From Planctomycetota bacterium (GTDB lineage Bacteria; Planctomycetota; B15-G4; SIAN01), in contig JANNXA010000037.1 of NCBI GenBank assembly GCA_031409275.1, forward strand, positions 32,001-96,000: 64,000 bases of DNA. The letters are read 5' to 3'. Each line of letters opens with the position of its first letter. Within the stretch, counting starts at the first letter, position 1. Positions 1 to 9,509 of this stretch are shown here, piece after piece. The notes under the pieces are model-generated. The model saw only the letters and a list, made by a program, of their open reading frames with translations, did not search any database and was not told the origin of the DNA. Made by a program: the position numbers and the translations under genes.

Positions 1-1203
1 GCCGGCGAGGTCGAAGAGGTCGCACTGGTTGCCGGGCTTGCGGATCAGCTTGAAGCGCTCGGTGATGACGGCGTCGATCTCGTACTGCTCGGGCGCGCAG
101 GCGAACGCCGGGCGTTGAACGAAGTCGGGCGCAAGGAGATCGACGCCCTGCAGTTGCTCGCGAAAGGCCGGCAGCGCGAGTTCCGGCGCGCAGCCAAGCA
201 GCGTCGGCACCACGTCGAGCGTCGAGCAGATCGAGGCGACCGCGTGCCCGGGACGACCCGGCACCTTGAGGAAGAACGGGACGTGGAGCTGCTCGTTCCA
301 GACGATGCCGTGGCCGCGGAAGCCGTGCTGGCCGAGTCCCTGGCCGTGGTCGGCGACGATGGCGACGAGGGTCGTTGCGGCGAGGTCGGGCTTTGCGAGG
401 CGGGCGAGCAATGGCGCGAGCTGCGCATCGAGGAAGCGCAGCGCGCCGGCGTACTGGTTCACGGTCTCGACCGTCGGCTGCGCCTTGTTCGAGCGGCCGG
501 CGGGGTCGGCCGGAAAGCGGCGCTGCGCGAGCCACTCCTCGAGCGCGGGTTCGCGCGAGTAGTAGTCGAGGTGCTCCGGCGGACCGAACTGCTCGGGCTG
601 GAATGGACCATGCGCGTCGAAAAGATGCACCCACAGGAAGCAGTCGCGTTCCTGGCGGCGCTCGAGGAAACGCAGCGCTTCGCCGACGACGACCTTGCCC
701 GGACGTCGCGTCGACGCCGGTTCGGACCAGGTGTCGAAGCCGGCATCGAGGCCGGTGAAACGCTTCACCGGCGTCGAACTGACGAACCCGCCGGTGCTTC
801 GATCCGTCTCCTGAAGCGCTTGCGCGAGCGTGCGCAGCGTCGTGCTGGTGTTCAGCCGGAACGCCTTCTTGCCCTCTCCGCTCTCGTTGATCGAGTTGCC
901 GATGACGCCGTGCTCGTAGGGCGACGTCGACGTGAAGAGCGACGCGTGGCTCGGGGTGGTGTGGGAGATCGGCGCGTAGCAGTTCTCGAAGCGCCACGCG
1001 TCCGCGACGTAACGATGCAGCGCTGGCATGGTGTCGCGGAAGTGGCCGTAGCTCGCCAGCAGGTCGGCGCGCACCGTGTCGAGCGTGATGACCACCAGGT
1101 GGCGCACCGTGGGAGCCTCTGGGGCGGTGGGCGCGACCTCCTGCGGCGCAGCAGCGAGCAGCGAGGTGGTGGCGAACGCGAGCAGGACGAGGCGGTGTCG
1201 CAT
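1..1203 (-). CDS. Sulfatase-like / alkaline phosphatase superfamily hydrolase, secreted; 3' end runs off the window
   Basis: Not in the ORF track because it has no stop in the window. Manual translation from ATG at 1203 gives signal peptide MRHRLVLLAFATTSLLAAAPQ, then VVITLDTVRAD, CYAPISHTTPSHASLFTS, and RFKLIRKPG..DLFDLAG at the window edge. Confidence 0.85.
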   Translation of the reverse strand, partial: MRHRLVLLAFATTSLLAAAPQEVAPTAPEAPTVRHLVVITLDTVRADLLASYGHFRDTMPALHRYVADAWRFENCYAPISHTTPSHASLFTSTSPYEHGVIGNSINESGEGKKAFRLNTSTTLRTLAQALQETDRSTGGFVSSTPVKRFTGLDAGFDTWSEPASTRRPGKVVVGEALRFLERRQERDCFLWVHLFDAHGPFQPEQFGPPEHLDYYSREPALEEWLAQRRFPADPAGRSNKAQPTVETVNQYAGALRFLDAQLAPLLARLAKPDLAATTLVAIVADHGQGLGQHGFRGHGIVWNEQLHVPFFLKVPGRPGHAVASICSTLDVVPTLLGCAPELALPAFREQLQGVDLLAPDFVQRPAFACAPEQYEIDAVITERFKLIRKPGNQCDLFDLAG

Positions 1204-1473
1204 GGCGGTGCATCTTGCCGGGCTTGAAGCGAGTCGGACAGCGTCGGGAACGCGGGTTCGTCACATCCGACGACTGGCAACGCGGCGGCGTTGCGCTTTC
1301 AAGAGGGAGGTGATGGCGACGGTGATGGAACTCCATGGACGGACGGCGCGTCCGAGTGATGTGGCGACCCATTCTTCGCTGAGTCTGATGTCTGCCAACG
1401 AGGTGCGCGTGTTCGCGCGCCGCTGACGAGCCCCCTCGCCCGCGACGCCCGGTCGCGCGCTGGGGAGAACGTC

Positions 1474-4400
1474 ATGCCCAGATCCGATGGTGCGGTCCAA
1501 CGACCGCGGCTTGAACGCGCGCTGCTGGCGTTCGCCGTCGCCTGGATGCCGCAAGTCGACAGCTACTACGCCAATGACGGCACGAACCACATCGCCGACG
1601 CGGCGAACGGCGAGTTCGGGCCCGACCTCGGCGGCTTCATCCCGTTCGCGCGATTCGACGATCGGCGTGCGTTGCTCGGCCATGTGCTGGCGCGGCGCTT
1701 CGATGAGGCGCAGGCGGGGCAGTCGTTTCGCTCGTTGATGCTCGAGAACTTCCACGATCTGCGGCGGCTCGACGCGAAGCTGCGCCAGTTCGCCGGCACC
1801 GCGCTGCTGCCGCTGGCGGCAGCGGAGGCAAGCCAGGACGGTCCGGTGACGAAGCGAGCGACGTGGTGGGGCCGGCCATTCACGCTCTTCCCGTACCGAG
1901 TGCACGGCGGCCCCGCGCTGGTCTGCATCGCCGACGACACGCTGACCGCGGCGCCCACCGATCGCCATCTGCTGCTGGTCAACCTGAGTTCGCATCCCTC
2001 CGACTTCGCGCGCAACGAGAACCCGCTCACCACCTGGTTCACGGCGCCATCGGGCGGCAGCAGCGGGCCGGTCGGCGCGCCCTTCCTGTCGCCGAGCGAG
2101 CAGGCGCTCGAACGCGGCGATGTGGTGGTGGTCACGCAGGAGAACCTGAGCGAGAGCCTCTGGATCGCGCTGCAGCGCACGCAGGAGTGCGAGTGGTTCG
2201 TGCGCGAGCAGCTGCTGCCGTCGCTGGGCGTGAAGCTCGACGCCGCGGTGTCGCGCTCCTACCTCATCGGCCACTCGTGGGGCGGGCTCGTCTCGACGAT
2301 GCTGGCGCTCCTGCAACCGCAGGTCTGGGCCGGCGCAGGGGAGTTCCTGGTCGATGACCTCGGCTACGGCGTCGGCGACAGCAAGCTCCTGAAGACGCTG
2401 CACCAGACCGCGACCGGGATGCTGCCGCCGGAACTTCCGAATGACCCGTTCTTCGCGCCGTTCTATGCGATGGTCGACGTCCTCGGGACGCGCTTCGATG
2501 CGCCGCAGACGATGGCGGACGGCACCCGCATGCAGCCGTGGGACCTCGGTGGCTTCTCGCTTGCGACGCGGCGCCGCGAACTCGCGGTGCCGGTGCGCGG
2601 CTTCATGTCGGGCGAAGACTGGATCGTCAACCTGCACTGGATGGCCGATGGCGCTCGCGCCAACCCGCTGTTTCAGGTCGAGCCGCGCCAGTTCACCGAC
2701 CACGACGGCGTCTTCGGCGCCAGGGATGGCGTGAACGAGTATTCGATCTGGAGCGGCGATGAGTGGGATCGGCTGCTGAAGTCGGGGACGCTTGCCGGCG
2801 CGCCTCAGCCGCTCGTGCCGACGACCCCGCCGCCGCCCACGCGCCCGGTCTATCCCGATCCTTACAGCCACACCCTGCGCCATCACCATGTGGCGGACGC
2901 CAATGAGGACTTCCTGTCGGTGGCGGACCTCTCACCCGCGGGTGATGGGAGCAACGCCGCCACGCCGTTCCTCGGTCAGGGAGTGTGGCCGGCGTGGAAT
3001 GACTCGCTCTTCGTCGGTCAGCTCGACGGCGACGCCGCGATCGAGGTGGCGTTCGGCAACCTCGACGGCCACGTCCACGTGATGGAGATCGACGCCAATC
3101 GCGATCCGACCGACCCGCTGCGGCTGCGCGACGAGTGGATGAGCCCCTACCTCGGCTGGGGGATCTTCTCGTTGACGGTTGCCGGAAACGGTCCGAACGC
3201 GCAGATCCTCGCCAGTGACGCGCTTGGCCAGATCTGGAAGATCCAAAGCGGCGGTGGTTCCTACACGGTCGGCGCCACGCCGTTCCTTTCGGCCGCGGCG
3301 GCGCCGCAGTTCCTCTACGAAGGACCGAATCAACACCTGAAGGTCGGCGACTTCGCGAGCGCCTTGCCCGGACTCGAGCTGCTGGTGTTCAACCGTTTCT
3401 GCGACTGGTCGCTCTTCTCGCTGGCGACCGGCCAGCCGATCCCGGGTGGCCGCCTGCAGCGCAGCCTGCACGCGACGGGGCCGGCGAGTGCGACGGTGTG
3501 TGACATCAATGGCGATGGCGACGACGAACTCCTGGTACCTTCGATCGACGGCCACCTCTGGCTGCTCGATCCGGGAGCGGACGGCAGCTTCGCCACGGCG
3601 ACGGAAGCCAATCCGGTCCTGTGGAGCACGTTCACTGGCCGGATGATCTATCGCGTCGAACCCGTCCACTTCGGAACCGGTGGCGCGCTCAGCCACCTGC
3701 TGGTGTTCAGCCGCAGCGACGAACTCGATTCGCGTGTGCCGCCGATGTCGCGCAACCGCATCGCCTTGGTGGACGTGCTGACACGGAAGCTCGCAGGCGA
3801 GATGGATGCCGACCCTGAGGACACGTTCGATCCGCCCGCCTTCGCCTGGTTGAAGCGCCCGCAGGCGGGGCAGGGCGCGGCGTTCGTGATCGCCGGCGCC
3901 AACCTCGTGCAGAAGTACCTGCTGCGCCACGTGCCGGTCGGAGCGACGACCGGGAGCACCAGCGGAGCGAACGGTGGCACCACGCTGTCGCTGCGCTTCG
4001 GCGGCCAGATCAAGATGATCGACCCCGATCAGTCGCAGGGGCCCGGCGCGCATGTGACCGCGCTCGAGACGTTCTCGGTGTCCGGCCCGCGCTATGTCCT
4101 CGTCGCGCTTGGGAACGGCCGCTTCCTCACGCTCGATACGCATCTCGAGCCAGTGCGCACCTCGGCACAGGAGTACGGCGACGATCCGGACGTGACCGGT
4201 ACCCGTCCGGCGCGCACCTGGTGGTCGAACCGCTCGCTGGCGCGAACCTTCGCGCTCGACCTGGTGCAGTCGAAGCCTGGCGCTCCGGCGAGCCTCTACT
4301 TCGCCGACTTCTCGGCGCGCTATCTCCGCGGCCCCAATCGCTTTCGCCTGGGGCGCGTCGAGATCCCATTGTCGGGTGCGCCCACCTTCGATCCGTTCGT

Positions 4401-5502
4401 GAGCGCGGTCGAACATGGCGCCGGCAATCCGCTGAACGCCGACTTCACGCGGCGGCTGCGCATGGTCGACCTCGATGGCGACGGACAGCTCGAGCCGGTC
4501 ACCTTCGCCGAGAGCGGCGACCTCCATTTCGACGCGCTCAGCGCGACGACGCGGCAGTTCTGCACCGTCGCCTTCAACCCCTCGTTCTTCCACGACGATG
4601 ACCTCGGGAAGGCGCGGATGCTCGGCGGCTACCTCTTCGAGCGGAAGGATGACCCGCTCGATCCCTACGCGTACCTGAGCGGCTTCTCGATCCCGCGCGA
4701 TCCGACGGTCGCGTACGCCGACAACGGCGGCAGCGACTGGTGGTACCCGCGGGTGGGCGCGCATCGGCTCGACGGACAGATCGCGGCGCCCACGCAGAGC
4801 GCGTTCGCCCACACGCTCGGGGCGAGCTTGCGGGTCGTCGACCTGCCAGGTGCCAGCGGTCCCTCCACGCCGCGGCCACATGTCGTGGTTGGGACTGCGG
4901 GTGGCTACGTCTATGCCGTCGAGCCGGGCCCGGCGTCGACGATCTCGAGTGGCGGCATCCCGTCGCAGCTCGGCTACGCGTCGGTCGACCTCGGCTCGAT
5001 CGTGCTGGGACTCGATGCCGGCGAGCTCGACGGCGATCCCGACCAGGAGCTGGTGGTCGGCACGCTGCTCGACACCGGTTCCTCCATCGACTGGGAGCGT
5101 GGCAACGTGTCCGCCAACCGCGCGCAACTCGTCGTGCTCGATCCGCAGGCGAGCCTCGGCGCCAGCGGCGTCGGCACCTTCGACATGACGCGCATCGACG
5201 GCGACGATCGCTTCGGGCCGGGCGGTGGACTCGGCGCCGGCGTCAGCGGCGTCCGCGTCGATGACGTCGATGGCGATGGCGTGGCGGAGATCTGGTGCGG
5301 GGACGCGGTCGGCCACGTCTGGCTGTTTCGACGGACCGGCAGCGAATGGAAGACCTACTTCCGCTCGGCCGACCTTGGCGTGAGCCCCGGCGTCTACAAC
5401 AACCTCTTCCCGATCAAGGACGCGAAGGGCCGCACGGTCCGGCTCGTCGTGGTCTCGGCCGGCTACGTGATGGCGTTCGAGGTCGACTTCGCGCGGATGT
5501 GA
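1474..5502 (+). CDS. Large (1342 aa) protein: N-terminal alpha/beta-hydrolase-like region plus FG-GAP/VCBS-type repeats
   Basis: GHSWGG nucleophile elbow. Repeated D-x-D/N-G-D-G motifs (DINGDGDDELLV, DLDGDGQLE, ELDGDPDQELVVG, DVDGDGVAEIW). Coding-like GC3. Confidence 0.7.
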   Translation: MPRSDGAVQRPRLERALLAFAVAWMPQVDSYYANDGTNHIADAANGEFGPDLGGFIPFARFDDRRALLGHVLARRFDEAQAGQSFRSLMLENFHDLRRLDAKLRQFAGTALLPLAAAEASQDGPVTKRATWWGRPFTLFPYRVHGGPALVCIADDTLTAAPTDRHLLLVNLSSHPSDFARNENPLTTWFTAPSGGSSGPVGAPFLSPSEQALERGDVVVVTQENLSESLWIALQRTQECEWFVREQLLPSLGVKLDAAVSRSYLIGHSWGGLVSTMLALLQPQVWAGAGEFLVDDLGYGVGDSKLLKTLHQTATGMLPPELPNDPFFAPFYAMVDVLGTRFDAPQTMADGTRMQPWDLGGFSLATRRRELAVPVRGFMSGEDWIVNLHWMADGARANPLFQVEPRQFTDHDGVFGARDGVNEYSIWSGDEWDRLLKSGTLAGAPQPLVPTTPPPPTRPVYPDPYSHTLRHHHVADANEDFLSVADLSPAGDGSNAATPFLGQGVWPAWNDSLFVGQLDGDAAIEVAFGNLDGHVHVMEIDANRDPTDPLRLRDEWMSPYLGWGIFSLTVAGNGPNAQILASDALGQIWKIQSGGGSYTVGATPFLSAAAAPQFLYEGPNQHLKVGDFASALPGLELLVFNRFCDWSLFSLATGQPIPGGRLQRSLHATGPASATVCDINGDGDDELLVPSIDGHLWLLDPGADGSFATATEANPVLWSTFTGRMIYRVEPVHFGTGGALSHLLVFSRSDELDSRVPPMSRNRIALVDVLTRKLAGEMDADPEDTFDPPAFAWLKRPQAGQGAAFVIAGANLVQKYLLRHVPVGATTGSTSGANGGTTLSLRFGGQIKMIDPDQSQGPGAHVTALETFSVSGPRYVLVALGNGRFLTLDTHLEPVRTSAQEYGDDPDVTGTRPARTWWSNRSLARTFALDLVQSKPGAPASLYFADFSARYLRGPNRFRLGRVEIPLSGAPTFDPFVSAVEHGAGNPLNADFTRRLRMVDLDGDGQLEPVTFAESGDLHFDALSATTRQFCTVAFNPSFFHDDDLGKARMLGGYLFERKDDPLDPYAYLSGFSIPRDPTVAYADNGGSDWWYPRVGAHRLDGQIAAPTQSAFAHTLGASLRVVDLPGASGPSTPRPHVVVGTAGGYVYAVEPGPASTISSGGIPSQLGYASVDLGSIVLGLDAGELDGDPDQELVVGTLLDTGSSIDWERGNVSANRAQLVVLDPQASLGASGVGTFDMTRIDGDDRFGPGGGLGAGVSGVRVDDVDGDGVAEIWCGDAVGHVWLFRRTGSEWKTYFRSADLGVSPGVYNNLFPIKDAKGRTVRLVVVSAGYVMAFEVDFARM

Positions 5503-6980
5503 GAGAGCTCCTCGATCACGGCTGCGCGGGCGACGGCGGCGTCGCCGCGCGCGCCGGTGAAGTGGAGGTGCTGCACGAGTGCCTGTTCGACGAACATCTC
5601 GAGCCCTTCGATCGTCGCGGCGCCGCGCGCGCTTGCTTCTTCGAGCAGGCGCGTGCGGCGCGGGCGGTAGATCAGCTCGAAGAGAACGTCGTCCGCGCGG
5701 ATCGCCGTTGCGGGCAGCGGCGTCTCGTCGATCCGCGGCGCCATGCCCAAGGGCGTCGCCTGCACGATGAGGTCGCGCGCCACGTCGGCTCGCTGCTCCC
5801 ACGCGACCGCGGTGGCGCCGAACTCGGCGGCGAGGGCGGCCGCCCGCGCGAACGTGCGTGCGCAGACGGTGACTTCGACGCGAGCTTCACGCAACTCCAC
5901 GACCGCGGTGCGCGCCACGCCGCCGGCGCCCAGCACCAGGGCTCGTTGCGGCGGCGGTCGACTGGATGGCCACCCGTGGCGCAGCGCGGCGCGAAAGCCC
6001 GCCACGTCGCTGTTGCCCGCGCGCCAGCCCTCGACGGTGCGCATCAGCGTGTTGGCCGAGCCGGCGAATGGCGGCCACGGCTCGCCTGGCAGCGCGCCGA
6101 TGGCGCTGCGTGCGGCGGTTTCCTTGTGCGGGAGGGTGATTGCCGCCGCGGTGACGCCCAGCGCGTCGCACAAGTCGAGCGCGCTTGCGAGGTCGGGTGC
6201 GCGCATCGGCACGAAGCCGCGCACGACGCCCGCCGCGCGGTAGAGCGCGTGATGGAGCGTCGGGCTCGCGGAGTGCGCGATCGGGTCGCCGATCACGGCG
6301 GCTGCGGCCATCGTCGGGTGCTGCTCGCGCAAACGGTGCAGTCGTGCCAGCTCCGTGACTGTCGGTTGACCGGGCGCGGTGGCGGCGTAACCCGCCAGCG
6401 AGCCATACACGAACGCGGCGCCGAGCTTTCCGGCGAGCAGCCGCGTTGGCGCGCCGAGCTCTCCCATTGCGAAGCACGCAACGCGCGCGCCCTGTTCGGC
6501 GAGGCTCCGTTGCAGGCGAGCGATCCGCGCGACGTCGACGAGATCGCGCGGCGTGATCGCCAGCTTGACGACCGCATCGCGGCGGCGCGCGACGAGGGCG
6601 GCGGCCATCGCTTCGAGGTCATGCGGCGGCGCCCGCCATTCGTGGTGCGACACGATGCGCTGCGCGGGACCGAGCGGCGCGTCGGCGAGCGGGCCATTCG
6701 CCTCGAGGTCGATCCACGCGGCGACGCTTGAAGCGGCAACGAGTCGCCGTGCGCGCTCGCCCTCATCGCCCGCGAAGGCGCCGCCGTCGGCGCGCGCGCG
6801 AATGGTGACGATCGTCGGCAGCGGCAATCGAGGCAGCAGCGCGAGCCAGTTCGCGAACGCGTCGCCGGCGAGATCGGCGCGAAGTTCGAGCAGATCGGCG
6901 TCGCCCACCGCGGCGGCGGCCGCCGCCGTCAGCTCGGCGAGGTCACGGGGCATCACGCTGGCGACGATCGCACACGACAT
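5463..6980 (-). CDS. aroDE: Fused type I 3-dehydroquinate dehydratase / shikimate dehydrogenase
   Basis: AroD part: ELRAD, TIRARADGG, IVSHH, VKLA, AMGELG..TR, TAPGQ. AroE part: IGDPIAHSASP, TLPHKE, NSD, LGAGGVA, ATPLGM, GLEMFVEQA. Confidence 0.9.
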   Translation of the reverse strand: MSCAIVASVMPRDLAELTAAAAAAVGDADLLELRADLAGDAFANWLALLPRLPLPTIVTIRARADGGAFAGDEGERARRLVAASSVAAWIDLEANGPLADAPLGPAQRIVSHHEWRAPPHDLEAMAAALVARRRDAVVKLAITPRDLVDVARIARLQRSLAEQGARVACFAMGELGAPTRLLAGKLGAAFVYGSLAGYAATAPGQPTVTELARLHRLREQHPTMAAAAVIGDPIAHSASPTLHHALYRAAGVVRGFVPMRAPDLASALDLCDALGVTAAAITLPHKETAARSAIGALPGEPWPPFAGSANTLMRTVEGWRAGNSDVAGFRAALRHGWPSSRPPPQRALVLGAGGVARTAVVELREARVEVTVCARTFARAAALAAEFGATAVAWEQRADVARDLIVQATPLGMAPRIDETPLPATAIRADDVLFELIYRPRRTRLLEEASARGAATIEGLEMFVEQALVQHLHFTGARGDAAVARAAVIEELSHIRAKSTSNAIT

Positions 6981-7009
6981 GCGCTCGATCATGCCGCGGA
7001 CGGAGCGCG

Positions 7010-7060
7010 GCGCAGCAGATCAGCGCAGCGATCAGCGCAGCAGATCAGCGCAGCAGATCA
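7010..7060. repeat. Four tandem 12-13 bp copies of GCGCAGC(A)GATCA spanning the stop codon of the DUF2520 gene
   Basis: Units at 7010-7022, 7023-7034 (one base shorter), 7035-7047 and 7048-7060. Confidence 0.9.
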
Positions 7061-7914
7061 GCGAGCGTGTTCGCCGTGGCGTCCGCGAGGCGGCCGCTGC
7101 GTCGCGCGGTGGCGAGCGTCGCGCGCGCGAACTCCCGGTAGGCGGGAAGCAGTGCCGGCGCCTGGCGCGCCATCGCCGCGAGGTGGAGCGCCACGATCGC
7201 CGACTCGCCGCGCTCGATCGGGCCGGTCAGTGCGGCGGGGGCGCCGAGCCGTTCGAGGTTCGCCAGCGTCGAGCGGCCGAGTGCGGCCAAGGCGGCGCGC
7301 GCTCCTTCGGGCGAGGCGCCGCCACGTTGCGCGAGCTGCTCCGCGAGCTCGAACAGCGCCACGCCGGCATTGGCGATCGTGCAAGCCGCGGCATGGAAAA
7401 GCGTCTTGCCGTCGCCGTCGAGTTCGAGCGCGACGCCGCCCAACGTGGCGATGAGGTCGCGCGCGGCCTGGCGCGCGAGCGGATCGCCGTCGAGATCGAA
7501 GGTGACGCCGGTGAAGTCGCGCGGCGCCTCGTCCGGCGTTGCGAACGCGGCCAGCGGATGGCAGCTGCCGATCGCGATCGATCGTCGGCGCAGCGGTGCG
7601 AGCACTTCGGCGGGGAGCGCGCCGCTCACGTGGAGCGCGATGGCGCCGGGGCAGTCAGGGAGCTGATCGGCGAGCTCGGCCGCCAGCGGAGCGAGGGCCG
7701 CTTCCGGAACGGCGATCAGCGTGGTGGTGGCGCTCGCGAAGAGGTCGCGCAAGGAGCCGGCCGGGTGGCCGGCGCCGATCGAGCGAATGGCGGCGGCGGT
7801 GGTGGCGGGAGTGCGGCAGCGGACGCTGCCGATCGGGACGCCGCGTGCAAAGAGGGCGCGGGCGAGGGCACGGCCGGCGCGGCCGGCGCCGAGCAGATGG
7901 AGGGGAGGAGTCAC
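7045..7914 (-). CDS. Rossmann-like + DUF2520 oxidoreductase (PanG-like candidate ketopantoate reductase)
   Basis: GAGRAG, HVSGAL, SCHPL, HAAACTIAN, ALTGPIERG. GTG start overlaps the spoVG stop. Confidence 0.8.
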   Translation of the reverse strand: MTPPLHLLGAGRAGRALARALFARGVPIGSVRCRTPATTAAAIRSIGAGHPAGSLRDLFASATTTLIAVPEAALAPLAAELADQLPDCPGAIALHVSGALPAEVLAPLRRRSIAIGSCHPLAAFATPDEAPRDFTGVTFDLDGDPLARQAARDLIATLGGVALELDGDGKTLFHAAACTIANAGVALFELAEQLAQRGGASPEGARAALAALGRSTLANLERLGAPAALTGPIERGESAIVALHLAAMARQAPALLPAYREFARATLATARRSGRLADATANTLADLLR

Positions 7915-8423
7915 TGCTCCATTTCGCGTTCCGGAGGCTTGGCGCGCAAGGGGGGGCGCGCGGGCGGGGTGGGAAGGAGCGCCGGCGCGGCCGACTCGTC
8001 CTCTTCATCGTAGTCCGCGCCGAGCTTCGGAGGGGTGTAGCCAGGAAGCTTCGAGCGCTCGACCTCGGCGTAGTACGCGTCGACGATGTGGCCTTGGATG
8101 CGGTGTCTGGCTTCGGCGTGGATCGGGTGGGCGATGTCCGTGTGAAGCTTGGCGCGTCCGCGCTCGTCGCGGCCGGCGCGGTCGGGGTCGAGGCCGCGAC
8201 CGCAGTCATTGCAACAGCGCGCTCGCAAGTGGTTCTTGCCGCCGCACGCGGCGCAGCGATCGGTGAGCTTGCGCGAGGGCATCGCGACGAACGGACCATT
8301 GGGGCCGCGGATGATCTTCAAGTCGCGGACGACGAATTCCTGATCAAAGGTGAGCGTGCAGAAGGCCAGCAGCTTGTCGTCGGGATCGTCGACGAGCTTC
8401 ACCCGGATCTCTGAGATCTGCAC
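7911..8423 (-). CDS. spoVG: SpoVG family nucleic-acid-binding protein with Zn-ribbon insertion
   Basis: VQISEIRVKL, TFDQEFVVRDLKIIRGPNGPFVAMPSRK, DIAHPI. Insertion CAACG..CNDCG. GGAGG upstream of GTG 8423. Confidence 0.88.
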   Translation of the reverse strand: MQISEIRVKLVDDPDDKLLAFCTLTFDQEFVVRDLKIIRGPNGPFVAMPSRKLTDRCAACGGKNHLRARCCNDCGRGLDPDRAGRDERGRAKLHTDIAHPIHAEARHRIQGHIVDAYYAEVERSKLPGYTPPKLGADYDEEDESAAPALLPTPPARPPLRAKPPEREMEQ

Positions 8424-8488
8424 GTGGCCCCCTCCCCCCCGAGGAACCTGTGCGCCAACGGGTGGTGGAATCACCGTGCCGAGGCGCG

Positions 8489-9412
8489 TCAGGTGCACTG
8501 CTTTCCCTGGTGTCGATCGAAGCTGCGCACGATCCGGAGGTCGAGTTCCCGCCGGCCCTTCAACTCGTTGCACAGCGCCACTGCATCGCTCTCGTGACCG
8601 CTCTCGTTCATCATCGGCGTGAAGATGGCGGATCCGGACCCGGTCATTACCCACACGCGGCCAGTGATTTCCCGCAGCCACTGGAGCGTCTCGCGCAATC
8701 GAGGTGCAACGCGGCACGCCGCGTCTTCCAACCGATTGAAGCAGCCGAATGCTGCGATGCCCCTCTTCGCATTCCCCAGACCTTCGGCGCAGGACGATAC
8801 GTCGCGGCGGGGGCCATTCAAGTCGACCTGCGAATAGGCGAGCGCAGTCGAAATGGAGAATGGCGACAGTGCCAGCACGAAAGTGAATGGGCCCGTGATG
8901 TCGAGCGGCTCGAGTTCGTCGCCGCGGCCGCGTCCAATCGCCGTCCCGCCGCGCAGCAGGAATCCGACGTCGGCGCCGAGCTCGCGCGCGACCGAAGCGC
9001 GCTCGCTCGCGTCCAATGGCTCGACCAGATGCTCCATTGCGCTCAATACGAAGGCGGCATCTGCCGAACCGCCGCCCATTCCAGTTCCCGGCGGCACGCG
9101 CTTGTCCAAGGCGATGTGCACGCAGGGCGCACGCGGTCGGCGGACTCGGTAGCTGCGCGCGGCGCGAATCGCGAGGTTGTTCGCGACCTCGCCGTCGATC
9201 GCCAGGCCGCGCAGTTCGAGCGTGTCACTCGCCGCACCCGGGGTGAGCGTGACCCGCAGCTCGTCGCCGAGATCGATCTCGTGGAAGACGGTGGCGAGGT
9301 CGTGGTAGCCGTCCGGCCTTTTCCCGACGACCTCGAGGAAAAGATTGAGCTTCGCCGGTGCGATCCCCTCGACCCAGCCCGGGCCGCGGGCGCGGAAACG
9401 TGGTTCATCCAT
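8489..9412 (-). CDS. ispE: 4-diphosphocytidyl-2-C-methyl-D-erythritol kinase
   Basis: APAKLNLFLEVVGKRPDGYHDL, KRVPPGTGMGGGSADAA, LGADV, MTGSGS. Confidence 0.93.
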   Translation of the reverse strand: MDEPRFRARGPGWVEGIAPAKLNLFLEVVGKRPDGYHDLATVFHEIDLGDELRVTLTPGAASDTLELRGLAIDGEVANNLAIRAARSYRVRRPRAPCVHIALDKRVPPGTGMGGGSADAAFVLSAMEHLVEPLDASERASVARELGADVGFLLRGGTAIGRGRGDELEPLDITGPFTFVLALSPFSISTALAYSQVDLNGPRRDVSSCAEGLGNAKRGIAAFGCFNRLEDAACRVAPRLRETLQWLREITGRVWVMTGSGSAIFTPMMNESGHESDAVALCNELKGRRELDLRIVRSFDRHQGKQCT

Positions 9413-9509
9413 GGTGTGCGCACGTCTCCCCAACGGTTCGCGCGAGGCTACCATCCGCCGGTCGAGCGCTCGTCGCCGTCCGCGACGCATCGCCGCCTTG
9501 GAGTGGAAC

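Noticed and set aside
1313..1426. 37-aa ORF as a RiPP precursor
   Set aside because: No adjacent modification enzymes, poor RBS spacing to the first ATG, and no leader motif.
2932..5802. 956-aa minus-strand ORF, and similar long antisense ORFs (34314-37775, 36863-39532, 39478-41739, 51170-53521)
   Set aside because: Shadow frames of real genes in stop-poor high-GC DNA; Arg/Ala-rich and motif-free.
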